Shown: in pieces, positions 27,401 through 39,900 of the stretch
How positions within the stretch are numbered: the first letter of the stretch is position 1
How the letters are laid out: each line of letters starts with the position of its first letter
Assembly: GCA_964057225.1 (NCBI GenBank)
Contig: OZ059900.1
Coordinates: 19,282,001 to 19,346,000, forward strand
Reading direction: 5' to 3'
Origin: Auanema rhodensis
Taxonomy: Eukaryota > Animalia > Nematoda
DNA: 64,000 nucleotides
Program-made: the position numbers and the translations under genes
Notes under the pieces: generated by a model
Seen by the model: the letters and a program-made list of their open reading frames with translations, nothing else
Database searches by the model: none
What the model was told of the DNA's origin: nothing

Positions 27401-30400
27401 ATATTTTATTATGCTGGAAAACCAGTTTTCGGAAATTTCGCTGTAAACAAGGTTTTGACTTACGATTTCATGTGTTCAAACTCATGCAATGTCAATAAAA
27501 CCTAGCTCAAAATTGTTCGTACAACGTCTAGTTCCACTTTCACGACAAAAAACAGGGGTTAGAAAATTAAGGAAATTAGCATATTCTGAGGGCACGCCCC
27601 TTATGGCTAATATTGATTAAATCGATTTTTGTTCATATGAGTCGTCAAATGCAACGAATTTCAGCGTGTTACATACTAAAATGAAGCATTTTACATGCTG
27701 AACACTAGAAAAATACAAAAACACAGTATTTCTCATGAGAAATATTTTATTATGCTGGAAAACCAGTTTTTGGAAATTTCGCTGTAAACAAGGTTTTGAC
27801 TTACGATTTCATGTGTTCAAACTCATGCAATGTCAATAAAACCTAGCTCAAAATTGTTCGTACAACGTCTAGTTCCACTTTCACGACAAAAAAACAGGGG
27901 TTAGAAAATTAAGGAAATTAGCATATTCTGAGGGCACGCCCCTTATGGCTAATATTGATTAAATCGATTTTTGTTCATATGAGTCGTCAAATGCAACGAA
28001 TTTCAGCGTGTTACATACTAAAATGAAGCATTTTACATGCTGAACACTAGAAAAATACAAAAACACAGTATTTCCCATGAGAAATATTTTATTATGCTGG
28101 AAAACCAGTTTTTGGAAATTTCGCTGTAAACAAGGTTTTGACTTACGATTTCATGTGTTCAAACTCATGCAATGTCAATGAAACCTAGCTCAAAATTGTT
28201 CCTACAACGTCTAGTTCCACTTTCACGACAACAAAACAGGGGTTAGAAAATTAAGGAAATTAGCATATTCTGAGGGCACGCCCCTTATGGCTAATATTGA
28301 TTAAATCGATTTTTGTTCATATGAGTCGTCAAATGCAACGAATTTCAGCGTGTTACATACTAAAATGAAGCATTTTACATGCTGAACACTATAAAAATAC
28401 AAAAACACAGTATTTCCCATGAGAAATATTTTATTATGCTGGAAAACCAGTTTTTGGAAATTTCGCTGTAAACAAGGTTTTGACTTACGATTTCATGTGT
28501 TCAAACTCATGCAATGTCAATGAAACCTAGCTCAAAATTGTTCCTACAACGTCTAGTTCCACTTTCACGACAAAAAACAGGGGTTAGAAAATTAAGGAAA
28601 TTAGCATATTCTGAGGGCACGCCCCTTATGGCTAATATTGATTAAATCGATTTTTGTTCATATGAGTCGTCAAATGCAATTAATTTCAGCGTGTTACATA
28701 CTAAAATGAAGCATTTTACATGCTGAACACTAAAAAAATACAAAAACACAGTATTTCCCATGAGAAATATTTTATTATGCTGGAAAACGAGTTTTTGGAA
28801 ATTTCGCTGTAAACAAGGTTTTGACTTACGATTTCATGTGTTCAAACTCATGCAATGTCAATGAAACCTAGCTCAAAATTGTTCCTACAACGTCTAGTTC
28901 CACTTTCACGACAACAAAACAGGGGTTAGAAAATTAAGGAAATTAGCATATTCTGAGGGCACGCCCCTTATGGCTAATATTGATTAAATCGATTTTTGTT
29001 CATATGAGTCGTCAAATGCAACGAATTTCAGCGTGTTACATACTAAAATGAAGCATTTCACATGCTGAACACTAGAAAAATACAAAAACACAGTATTTCC
29101 CATGAGAAATATTTTATTATGCTGGAAAACCAGTTTTTGGAAATTTCGCTGTAAACAAGGTTTTGACTTACGATTTCATGTGTTCAAACTCATGCAATGT
29201 CAATGAAACCTAGCTCAAAATTGTTCCTACAACGTCTAGTTCCACTTTCACGACAACAAAACAGGGGTTAGAAAATTAAGGAAATTAGCATATTCTGAGG
29301 GCACGCCCCTTATGGCTAATATTGATTAAATCGATTTTTGTTCATATGAGTCGTCAAATGCAACGAATTTCAGCGTGTTACATACCAAAATGAAGCATTT
29401 CACATGCTGAACACTAGAAAAATACAAAAACACAGTATTTCCCATGAGAAATATTTTATTATGCTGGAAAACCAGTTTTTGGAAATTTCGCTGTAAACAA
29501 GGTTTTGACTTACGATTTCATGTGTTCAAACTCATGCAATGTCAATAAAACCTAGCTCAAAATTGTTCGTACAACGTCTAGTTCCACTTTCACGACAAAA
29601 AAACAGGGGTTAGAAAATTAAGGAAATTAGCATATTCTGAGGGCACGCCCCTTATGGCTAATATTGATTAAATCGATTTTTGTTCATATGAGTCGTCAAA
29701 TGCAACGAATTTCAGCGTGTTACATACTAAAATGAAGCATTTCACATGCTGAACACTAGAAAAATACAAAAACACAGTATTTCCCATGAGAAATATTTTA
29801 TTATGCTGGAAAACCAGTTTTTGGAAATTTCGCTGTAAACAAGGTTTTGACTTACGATTTCATGTGTTCAAACTCATGCAATGTCAATGAAACCTAGCTC
29901 AAAATTGTTCGTACAACGTCTAGTTCCACTTTCACGACAAAAAAACAGGGGTTAGAAAATTAAGGAAATTAGCATATTCTGAGGGCACGCCCCTTATGGC
30001 TAATATTGATTAAATCGATTTTTGTTCATATGAGTCGTCAAATGCAATTAATTTCAGCGTGTTACATACTAAAATGAAGCATTTTACATGCTGAACACTA
30101 AAAAAATACAAAAACACAGTATTTCCCATGAGAAATATTTTATTATGCTGGAAAACGAGTTTTTGGAAATTTCGCTGTAAACAAGGTTTTGACTTACGAT
30201 TTCATGTGTTCAAACTCATGCAATGTCAATGAAACCTAGCTCAAAATTGTTCCTACAACGTCTAGTTCCACTTTCACGACAAAAAAACAGGGGTTAGAAA
30301 ATTAAGGAAATTAGCATATTCTGAGGGCACGCCCTTTATGGCTAATATTGATTAAATCGATTTTTGTTCATATGAGTCGTCAAATGCAACGAATTTCAGC

Positions 30401-33400
30401 GTGTTACATACTAAAATGAAACATTTTACATGCTGAACACTATAAAAATACAAAAACACAGTATTTCCCATGAGAAATATTTTATTATGCTGGAAAACCA
30501 GTTTTTGGAAATTTCGCTGTAAACAAGGTTTTGACTTACGATTTCATGTGTTCAAACTCATGCAATGTCAATGAAACCTAGCTCAAAATTGTTCGTACAA
30601 CGTCTAGTTCCACTTTCACGACAAAAAAACAGGGGTTAGAAAATTAAGGAAATTAGCATATTCTGAGGGCACGCCCCTTATGGCTAATATTGATTAAATC
30701 GATTTTTGTTCATATGAGTCGTCAAATGCAACGAATTTCAGCGTGTTACATACTAAAATGAAGCATTTCACATGCTGAACACTAGAAAAATACAAAAACA
30801 CAGTATTTCCCATGAGAAATATTTTATTATGCTGGAAAACCAGTTTTTGGAAATTTCGCTGTAAACAAGGTTTTGACTTACGATTTCATGTGTTCAAACT
30901 CATGCAATGTCAATGAAACTTAGCTCAAAATTGTTCGTACAACGTCTAGTTCCACTTTCACGACAAAAAAACAGGGGTTAGAAAATTAAGGAAATTAGCA
31001 TATTCTGAGGGCACGCCCCTTATGGCTAATATTGATTAAATCGATTTTTGTTCATATGAGTCGTCAAATGCAATTAATTTCAGCGTGTTACATACTAAAA
31101 TGAAGCATTTTACATGCTGAACACTAAAAAACTACAAAAACACAGTATTTCCCATGAGAAATATTTTATTATGCTGGAAAACGAGTTTTTGGAAATTTCG
31201 CTGTAAACAAGGTTTTGACTTACGATTTCATGTGTTCAAACTCATGCAATGTCAATGAAACCTAGCTCAAAATTGTTCCTACAACGTCTAGTTCCACTTT
31301 CACGACAAAAAAACAGGGGTTAGAAAATTAAGGAAATTAGCATATTCTGAGGGCACGCCCCTTATGGCTAATATTGATTAAATCGATTTTTGTTCATATG
31401 AGTCGTCAAATGCAACGAATTTCAGCGTGTTACATACTAAAATGAAGCATTTCACATGCTGAACACTAGAAAAATACAAAAACACAGTATTTCCCATGAG
31501 AAATATTTTATTATGCTGGAAAACCAGTTTTTGGAAATTTCGCTGTAAACAAGGTTTTGACTTACGATTTCATGTGTTCAAACTCATGCAATGTCAATAA
31601 AACCTAGCTCAAAATTGTTCGTACAACGTCTAGTTCCACTTTCACGACAAAAAAACAGGGGTTAGAAAATTAAGGAAATTAGCATATTCTGAGGGCACGC
31701 CCCTTATGGCTAATATTGATTAAATCGATTTTTGTTCATATGAGTCGTCAAATGCAACGAATTTCAGCGTGTTACATACTAAAATGAAGCATTTCACATG
31801 CTGAACACTAGAAAAATACAAAAACACAGTATTTCCCATGAGAAATATTTTATTATGCTGGAAAACCAGTTTTTGGAAATTTCGCTGTAAACAAGGTTTT
31901 GACTTACGATTTCATGTGTTCAAACTCATGCAATGTCAATGAAACCTAGCTCAAAATTGTTCGTACAACGTCTAGTTCCACTTTCACGACAAAAAAACAG
32001 GGGTTAGAAAATTAAGGAAATTAGCATATTCTGAGGGCACGCCCCTTATGGCTAATATTGATTAAATCGATTTTTGTTCATATGAGTCGTCAAATGCAAT
32101 TAATTTCAGCGTGTTACATACTAAAATGAAGCATTTTACATGCTGAACACTAAAAAAATATAAAAACACAGTATTTCCCATGAGAAATATTTTATTATGC
32201 TGGAAAACGAGTTTTTGGAAATTTCGCTGTAAACAAGGTTTTGACTTACGATTTCATGTGTTCAAACTCATGCAATGTCAATGAAACCTAGCTCAAAATT
32301 GTTCCTACAACGTCTAGTTCCACTTTCACGACAAAAAAACAGGGGTTAGAAAATTAAGGAAATTAGCATATTCTGAGGGCACGCCCTTTATGGCTAATAT
32401 TGATTAAATCGATTTTTGTTCATATGAGTCGTCAAATGCAACGAATTTCAGCGTGTTACATACTAAAATGAAACATTTTACATGCTGAACACTATAAAAA
32501 TACAAAAACACAGTATTTCCCATGAGAAATATTTTATTATGCTGGAAAACCAGTTTTTGGAAATTTCGCTGTAAACAAGGTTTTGACTTACGATTTCATG
32601 TGTTCAAACTCATGCAATGTCAATAAAACCTAGCTCAAAATTGTTCGTACAACGTCTAGTTCCACTTTCACGACAAAAAACAGGGGTTAGAAAATTAAGG
32701 AAATTAGCATATTCTGAGGGCACGCCCCTTATGGCTAATATTGATTAAATCGATTTTTGTTCATATGAGTCGTCAAATGCAACGAATTTCAGCGTGTTAC
32801 ATACTAAAATGAAGCATTTTACATGCTGAACACTAGAAAAATACAAAAACACAGTATTTCTCATGAGAAATATTTTATTATGCTGGAAAACCAGTTTTTG
32901 GAAATTTCGCTGTAAACAAGGTTTTGACTTACGATTTCATGTGTTCAAACTCATGCAATGTCAATAAAACCTAGCTCAAAATTGTTCGTACAACGTCTAG
33001 TTCCACTTTCACGACAAAAAAACAGGGGTTAGAAAATTAAGGAAATTAGCATATTCTGAGGGCACGCCCCTTATGGCTAATATTGATTAAATCGATTTTT
33101 GTTCATATGAGTCGTCAAATGCAACGAATTTCAGCGTGTTACATACTAAAATGAAGCATTTTACATGCTGAACACTATAAAAATACAAAAACACAGTATT
33201 TCCCATGAGAAATATTTTATTATGCTGGAAAACCAGTTTTTGGAAATTTCGCTGTAAACAAGGTTTTGACTTACGATTTCATGTGTTCAAACTCATGCAA
33301 TGTCAATGAAACCTAGCTCAAAATTGTTCCTACAACGTCTAGTTCCACTTTCACGACAAAAAACAGGGGTTAGAAAATTAAGGAAATTAGCATATTCTGA

Positions 33401-33913
33401 GGGCACGCCCCTTATGGCTAATATTGATTAAATCGATTTTTGTTCATATGAGTCGTCAAATGCAACGAATTTCAGCGTGTTACATACTAAAATGAAGCAT
33501 TTTACATGCTGAACACTAGAAAAATACAAAAACACAGTATTTCTCATGAGAAATATTTTATTATGCTGGAAAACCAGTTTTTGGAAATTTCGCTGTAAAC
33601 AAGGTTTTGACTTACGATTTCATGTGTTCAAACTCATGCAATGTCAATAAAACCTAGCTCAAAATTGTTCGTACAACGTCTAGTTCCACTTTCACGACAA
33701 AAAACAGGGGTTAGAAAATTAAGGAAATTAGCATATTCTGAGGGCACGCCCCTTATGGCTAATATTGATTAAATCGATTTTTGTTCATATGAGTCGTCAA
33801 ATGCAACGAATTTCAGCGTGTTACATACTAAAATGAAGCATTTTACATGCTGAACACTAGAAAAATACAAAAACACAGTATTTCCCATGAGAAATATTTT
33901 ATTATGCTGGAAA
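367..33913 (+). repeat. Satellite block B, forward orientation, about 98 monomers
   Basis: Continuous forward monomers. Anchor-to-anchor distance 489 to 33649 is 33,160 = 97x342 - 14, matching 14 single-base deletions I could locate, with a 15th near 33,700. Confidence 0.98.
481..498 (+). other. Truncated monomer with a 58-bp deletion just downstream of J1
   Basis: GGAAATTT|GAAACCTAG at 488/489. The normal monomer has 58 bp (CGCTGTAAAC...GTCAAT, e.g. 773-830) between these motifs. Confidence 0.96.
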
Positions 33914-33914
33914 T
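33838..33914. other. Orientation switch J2 (forward to reverse): 77-bp spacer at the centre of a macro-palindrome
   Basis: Forward sequence stops at ATTATGCTGGAAA (33913) and TTTCATTTTAGTATGTAAC follows in reverse orientation. 33837 pairs with 33915 and complementarity continues outward. Confidence 0.96.
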
Positions 33915-36900
33915 TTCATTTTAGTATGTAACACGCTGAAATTCGTTGCATTTGACGACTCATATGAACAAAAATCGATTTAATCAATATTAGCCATAAG
34001 GGGCGTGCCCTCAGAATATGCTAATTTCCTTAATTTTCTAACCCCTGTTTTGTTGTCGTGAAAGTGGAACTAGACGTTGTAGGAACAATTTTGAGCTAGG
34101 TTTCATTGACATTGCATGAGTTTGAACACATGAAATCGTAAGTCAAAACCTTGTTTACAGCGAAATTTCCAAAAACTGGTTTTCCAGCATAATAAAATAT
34201 TTCTCATGGGAAATACTGTGTTTTTGTATTTTTCTAGTGTTCAGCATGTAAAATGCTTCATTTTAGTATGTAACACGCTGAAATTCGTTGCATTTGACGA
34301 CTCATATGAACAAAAATCGATTTAATCAATATTAGCCATAAGGGGCGTGCCCTCAGAATATGCTAATTTCCTTAATTTTCTAACCCCTGTTTTTTGTCGT
34401 GAAAGTGGAACTAGACGTTGTAGGAACAATTTTGAGCTAGGTTTCATTGACATTGCATGAGTTTGAACACATGAAATCGTAAGTCAAAACCTTGTTTACA
34501 GCGAAATTTCCAAAAACTGGTTTTCCAGCATAATAAAATATTTCTCATGGGAAATACTGTGTTTTTGTATTTTTATAGTGTTCAGCATGTAAAATGCTTC
34601 ATTTTAGTATGTAACACGCTGAAATTCGTTGCATTTGACGACTCATATGAACAAAAATCGATTTAATCAATATTAGCCATAAGGGGCGTGCCCTCAGAAT
34701 ATGCTAATTTCCTTAATTTTCTAACCCCTGTTTTTTTGTCGTGAAAGTGGAACTAGACGTTGTACGAACAATTTTGAGCTAGGTTTTATTGACATTGCAT
34801 GAGTTTGAACACATGAAATCGTAAGTCAAAACCTTGTTTACAGCGAAATTTCCAAAAACTGGTTTTCCAGCATAATAAAATATTTCTCATGGGAAATACT
34901 GTGTTTTTGTATTTTTCTAGTGTTCAGCATGTGAAATGCTTCATTTTAGTATGTAACACGCTGAAATTCGTTGCATTTGACGACTCATATGAACAAAAAT
35001 CGATTTAATCAATATTAGCCATAAGGGGCGTGCCCTCAGAATATGCTAATTTCCTTAATTTTCTAACCCCTGTTTTTTTGTCGTGAAAGTGGAACTAGAC
35101 GTTGTACGAACAATTTTGAGCTAGGTTTCATTGACATTGCATGAGTTTGAACACATGAAATCGTAAGTCAAAACCTTGTTTACAGCGAAATTTCCAAAAA
35201 CTGGTTTTCCAGCATAATAAAATATTTCTCATGGGAAATACTGTGTTTTTGTATTTTTATAGTGTTCAGCATGTAAAATGCTTCATTTTAGTATGTAACA
35301 CGCTGAAATTCGTTGCATTTGACGACTCATATGAACAAAAATCGATTTAATCAATATTAGCCATAAGGGGCGTGCCCTCAGAATATGCTAATTTCCTTAA
35401 TTTTCTAACCCCTGTTTTTTTGTCGTGAAAGTGGAACTAGACGTTGTACGAACAATTTTGAGCTAGGTTTTATTGACATTGCATGAGTTTGAACACATGA
35501 AATCGTAAGTCAAAACCTTGTTTACAGCGAAATTTCCAAAAACTGGTTTTCCAGCATAATAAAATATTTCTCATTAGAAATACTGTGTTTTTGTATTTTT
35601 CTAGTGTTCAGCATGTAAAATGCTTCATTTTAGTATGTAACACGCTGAAATTCGTTGCATTTGACGACTCATATGAACAAAAATCGATTTAATCAATATT
35701 AGCCATAAGGGGCGTGCCCTCAGAATATGCTAATTTCCTTAATTTTCTAACCCCTGTTTTTTTGTCGTGAAAGTGGAACTAGACGTTGTACGAACAATTT
35801 TGAGCTAGGTTTCATTGACATTGCATGAGTTTGAACACATGAAATCGTAAGTCAAAACCTTGTTTACAGCGAAATTTCCAAAAACTGGTTTTCCAGCATA
35901 ATAAAATATTTCTCATGGGAAATACTGTGTTTTTGTATTTTTCTAGTGTTCAGCATGTGAAATGCTTCATTTTAGTATGTAACACGCTGAAATTCGTTGC
36001 ATTTGACGACTCATATGAACAAAAATCGATTTAATCAATATTAGCCATAAGGGGCGTGCCCTCAGAATATGCTAATTTCCTTAATTTTCTAACCCCTGTT
36101 TTGTTGTCGTGAAAGTGGAACTAGACGTTGTAGGAACAATTTTGAGCTAGGTTTCATTGACATTGCATGAGTTTGAACACATGAAATCGTAAGTCAAAAC
36201 CTTGTTTACAGCGAAATTTCCAAAAACTGGTTTTCCAGCATAATAAAATATTTCTCATGGGAAATACTGTGTTTTTGTATTTTTATAGTGTTCAGCATGT
36301 AAAATGTTTCATTTTAGTATGTAACACGCTGAAATTCGTTGCATTTGACGACTCATATGAACAAAAATCGATTTAATCAATATAAGCCATAAAGGGCGTG
36401 CCCTCAGAATCTGCTAATTTCCTTAATTTTCTAACCCCTGTTTTTTTGTCGTGAAAGTGGAACTAGACGTTGTAGGAACAATTTTGAGCTAGATTTCATT
36501 GACATTGCATGAGTTTGAACACATGAAATCGTAAGTCAAAACCTTGTTTACAGCGAAATTTCCAAAAACTCGTTTTCCAGCATAATAAAATATTTCTCAT
36601 GGGAAATACTGTGTTTTTGTATTTTTTTAGTGTTCAGCATGTAAAATGCTTCATTTTAGTATGTAACACGCTGAAATTCGTTGCATTTGACGACTCATAT
36701 GAACAAAAATCGATTTAATCAATATTAGCCATAAGGGGCGTGCCCTCAGAATATGCTAATTTCCTTAATTTTCTAACCCCTGTTTTTTTGTCGTGAAAGT
36801 GGAACTAGACGTTGTACGAACAATTTTGAGCTAGGTTTCATGGACATTGCATGAGTTTGAACACATGAAATCGTAAGTCAAAACCTTGTTTACAGCGAAA

Positions 36901-39900
36901 TTTCCAAAAACTGGTTTTCCAGCATAATAAAATATTTCTCATGGGAAATACTGTGTTTTTGTATTTTTATAGTGTTCAGCATGTAAAATGTTTCATTTTA
37001 GTATGTAACACGCTGAAATTCGTTGCATTTGACGACTCATATGAACAAAAATCGATTTAATCAATATAAGCCATAAAGGGCGTGCCCTCAGAATCTGCTA
37101 ATTTCCTTAATTTTCTAACCCCTGTTTTTTTGTCGTGAAAGTGGAACTAGACGTTGTAGGAACAATTTTGAGCTAGATTTCATTGACATTGCATGAGTTT
37201 GAACACATGAAATCGTAAGTCAAAACCTTGTTTACAGCGAAATTTCCAAAAACTCGTTTTCCAGCATAATAAAATATTTCTCATGAGAAATACTGTGTTT
37301 TTGTATTTTTCTAGTGTTCAGCATGTGAAATGCTTCATTTTAGTATGTAACACGCTGAAATTCGTTGCATTTGACGACTCATATGAACAAAAATCGATTT
37401 AATCAATATTAGCCATAAGGGGCGTGCCCTCAGAATATGCTAATTTCCTTAATTTTCTAACCCCTGTTTTTTTGTCGTGAAAGTGGAACTAGACGTTGTA
37501 GGAACAATTTTGAGCTAGGTTTCATTGACATTGCATGAGTTTGAACACATGAAATCGTAAGTCAAAACCTTGTTTACAGCGAAATTTCCAAAAACTGGTT
37601 TTCCAGCATAATAAAATATTTCTCATGGGAAATACTGTGTTTTTGTATTTTTATAGTGTTCAGCATGTAAAATGTTTCATTTTAGTATGTAACACGCTGA
37701 AATTCGTTGCATTTGACGACTCATATGAACAAAAATCGATTTAATCAATATAAGCCATAAAGGGCGTGCCCTCAGAATCTGCTAATTTCCTCAATTTTCT
37801 AACCCCTGTTTTTTTGTCGTGAAAGTGGAACTAGACGTTGTAGGAACAATTTTGAGCTAGATTTCATTGACATTGCATGAGTTTGAACACATGAAATCGT
37901 AAGTCAAAACCTTGTTTACAGCGAAATTTCCAAAAACTCGTTTTCCAGCATAATAAAATATTTCTCATGGGAAATACTGTGTTTTTGTATTTTTATAGTG
38001 TTCAGCATGTAAAATGTTTCATTTTAGTATGTAACACGCTGAAATTCGTTGCATTTGACGACTCATATGAACAAAAATCGATTTAATCAATATAAGCCAT
38101 AAAGGGCGTGCCCTCAGAATCTGCTAATTTCCTTAATTTTCTAACCCCTGTTTTTTTGTCGTGAAAGTGGAACTAGACGTTGTAGGAACAATTTTGAGCT
38201 AGATTTCATTGACATTGCATGAGTTTGAACACATGAAATCGTAAGTCAAAACCTTGTTTACAGCGAAATTTCCAAAAACTCGTTTTCCAGCATAATAAAA
38301 TATTTCTCATGAGAAATACTGTGTTTTTGTATTTTTCTAGTGTTCAGCATGTGAAATGCTTCATTTTAGTATGTAACACGCTGAAATTCGTTGCATTTGA
38401 CGACTCATATGAACAAAAATCGATTTAATCAATATTAGCCATAAGGGGCGTGCCCTCAGAATATGCTAATTTCCTTAATTTTCTAACCCCTGTTTTTTTG
38501 TCGTGAAAGTGGAACTAGACGTTGTAGGAACAATTTTGAGCTAGGTTTCATTGACATTGCATGAGTTTGAACACATGAAATCGTAAGTCAAAACCTTGTT
38601 TACAGCGAAATTTCCAAAAACTGGTTTTCCAGCATAATAAAATATTTCTCATGGGAAATACTGTGTTTTTGTATTTTTATAGTGTTCAGCATGTAAAATG
38701 TTTCATTTTAGTATGTAACACGCTGAAATTCGTTGCATTTGACGACTCATATGAACAAAAATCGATTTAATCAATATAAGCCATAAAGGGCGTGCCCTCA
38801 GAATCTGCTAATTTCCTCAATTTTCTAACCCCTGTTTTTTTGTCGTGAAAGTGGAACTAGACGTTGTAGGAACAATTTTGAGCTAGATTTCATTGACATT
38901 GCATGAGTTTGAACACATGAAATCGTAAGTCAAAACCTTGTTTACAGCGAAATTTCCAAAAACTCGTTTTCCAGCATAATAAAATATTTCTCATGGGAAA
39001 TACTGTGTTTTTGTATTTTTCTAGTGTTCAGCATGTGAAATGCTTCATTTTAGTATGTAACACGCTGAAATTCGTTGCATTTGACGACTCATATGAACAA
39101 AAATCGATTTAATCAATATTAGCCATAAGGGGCGTGCCCTCAGAATATGCTAATTTCCTTAATTTTCTAACCCCTGTTTTTTTGTCGTGAAAGTGGAACT
39201 AGACGTTGTACGAACAATTTTGAGCTAGGTTTCATTGACATTGCATGAGTTTGAACACATGAAATCGTAAGTCAAAACCTTGTTTACAGCGAAATTTCCA
39301 AAAACTGGTTTTCCAGCATAATAAAATATTTCTCATGGGAAATACTGTGTTTTTGTATTTTTATAGTGTTCAGCATGTAAAATGTTTCATTTTAGTATGT
39401 AACACGCTGAAATTCGTTGCATTTGACGACTCATATGAACAAAAATCGATTTAATCAATATAAGCCATAAAGGGCGTGCCCTCAGAATCTGCTAATTTCC
39501 TTAATTTTCTAACCCCTGTTTTTTTGTCGTGAAAGTGGAACTAGACGTTGTAGGAACAATTTTGAGCTAGGTTTCATTGACATTGCATGAGTTTGAACAC
39601 ATGAAATCGTAAGTCAAAACCTTGTTTACAGCGAAATTTCCAAAAACTCGTTTTCCAGCATAATAAAATATTTCTCATGGGAAATACTGTGTTTTTGTAT
39701 TTTTTTAGTGTTCAGCATGTAAAATGCTTCATTTTAGTATGTGACACGCTGAAATTAATTGCATTTGACGACTCATATGAACAAAAATCGATTTAATCAA
39801 TATTAGCCATAAGGGGCGTGCCCTCAGAATATGCTAATTTCCTCAATTTTCTAACCCCTGTTTTTTTGTCGTGAAAGTGGAACTAGACGTTGTACGAACA

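Noticed and set aside
33941-33957. CENP-B-box-like ATTCGTTGCATTTGACG (and GTTCGTACAACG on the other strand)
   Set aside because: Matches only the TTCG....A part. The essential CGGG of the box is missing.
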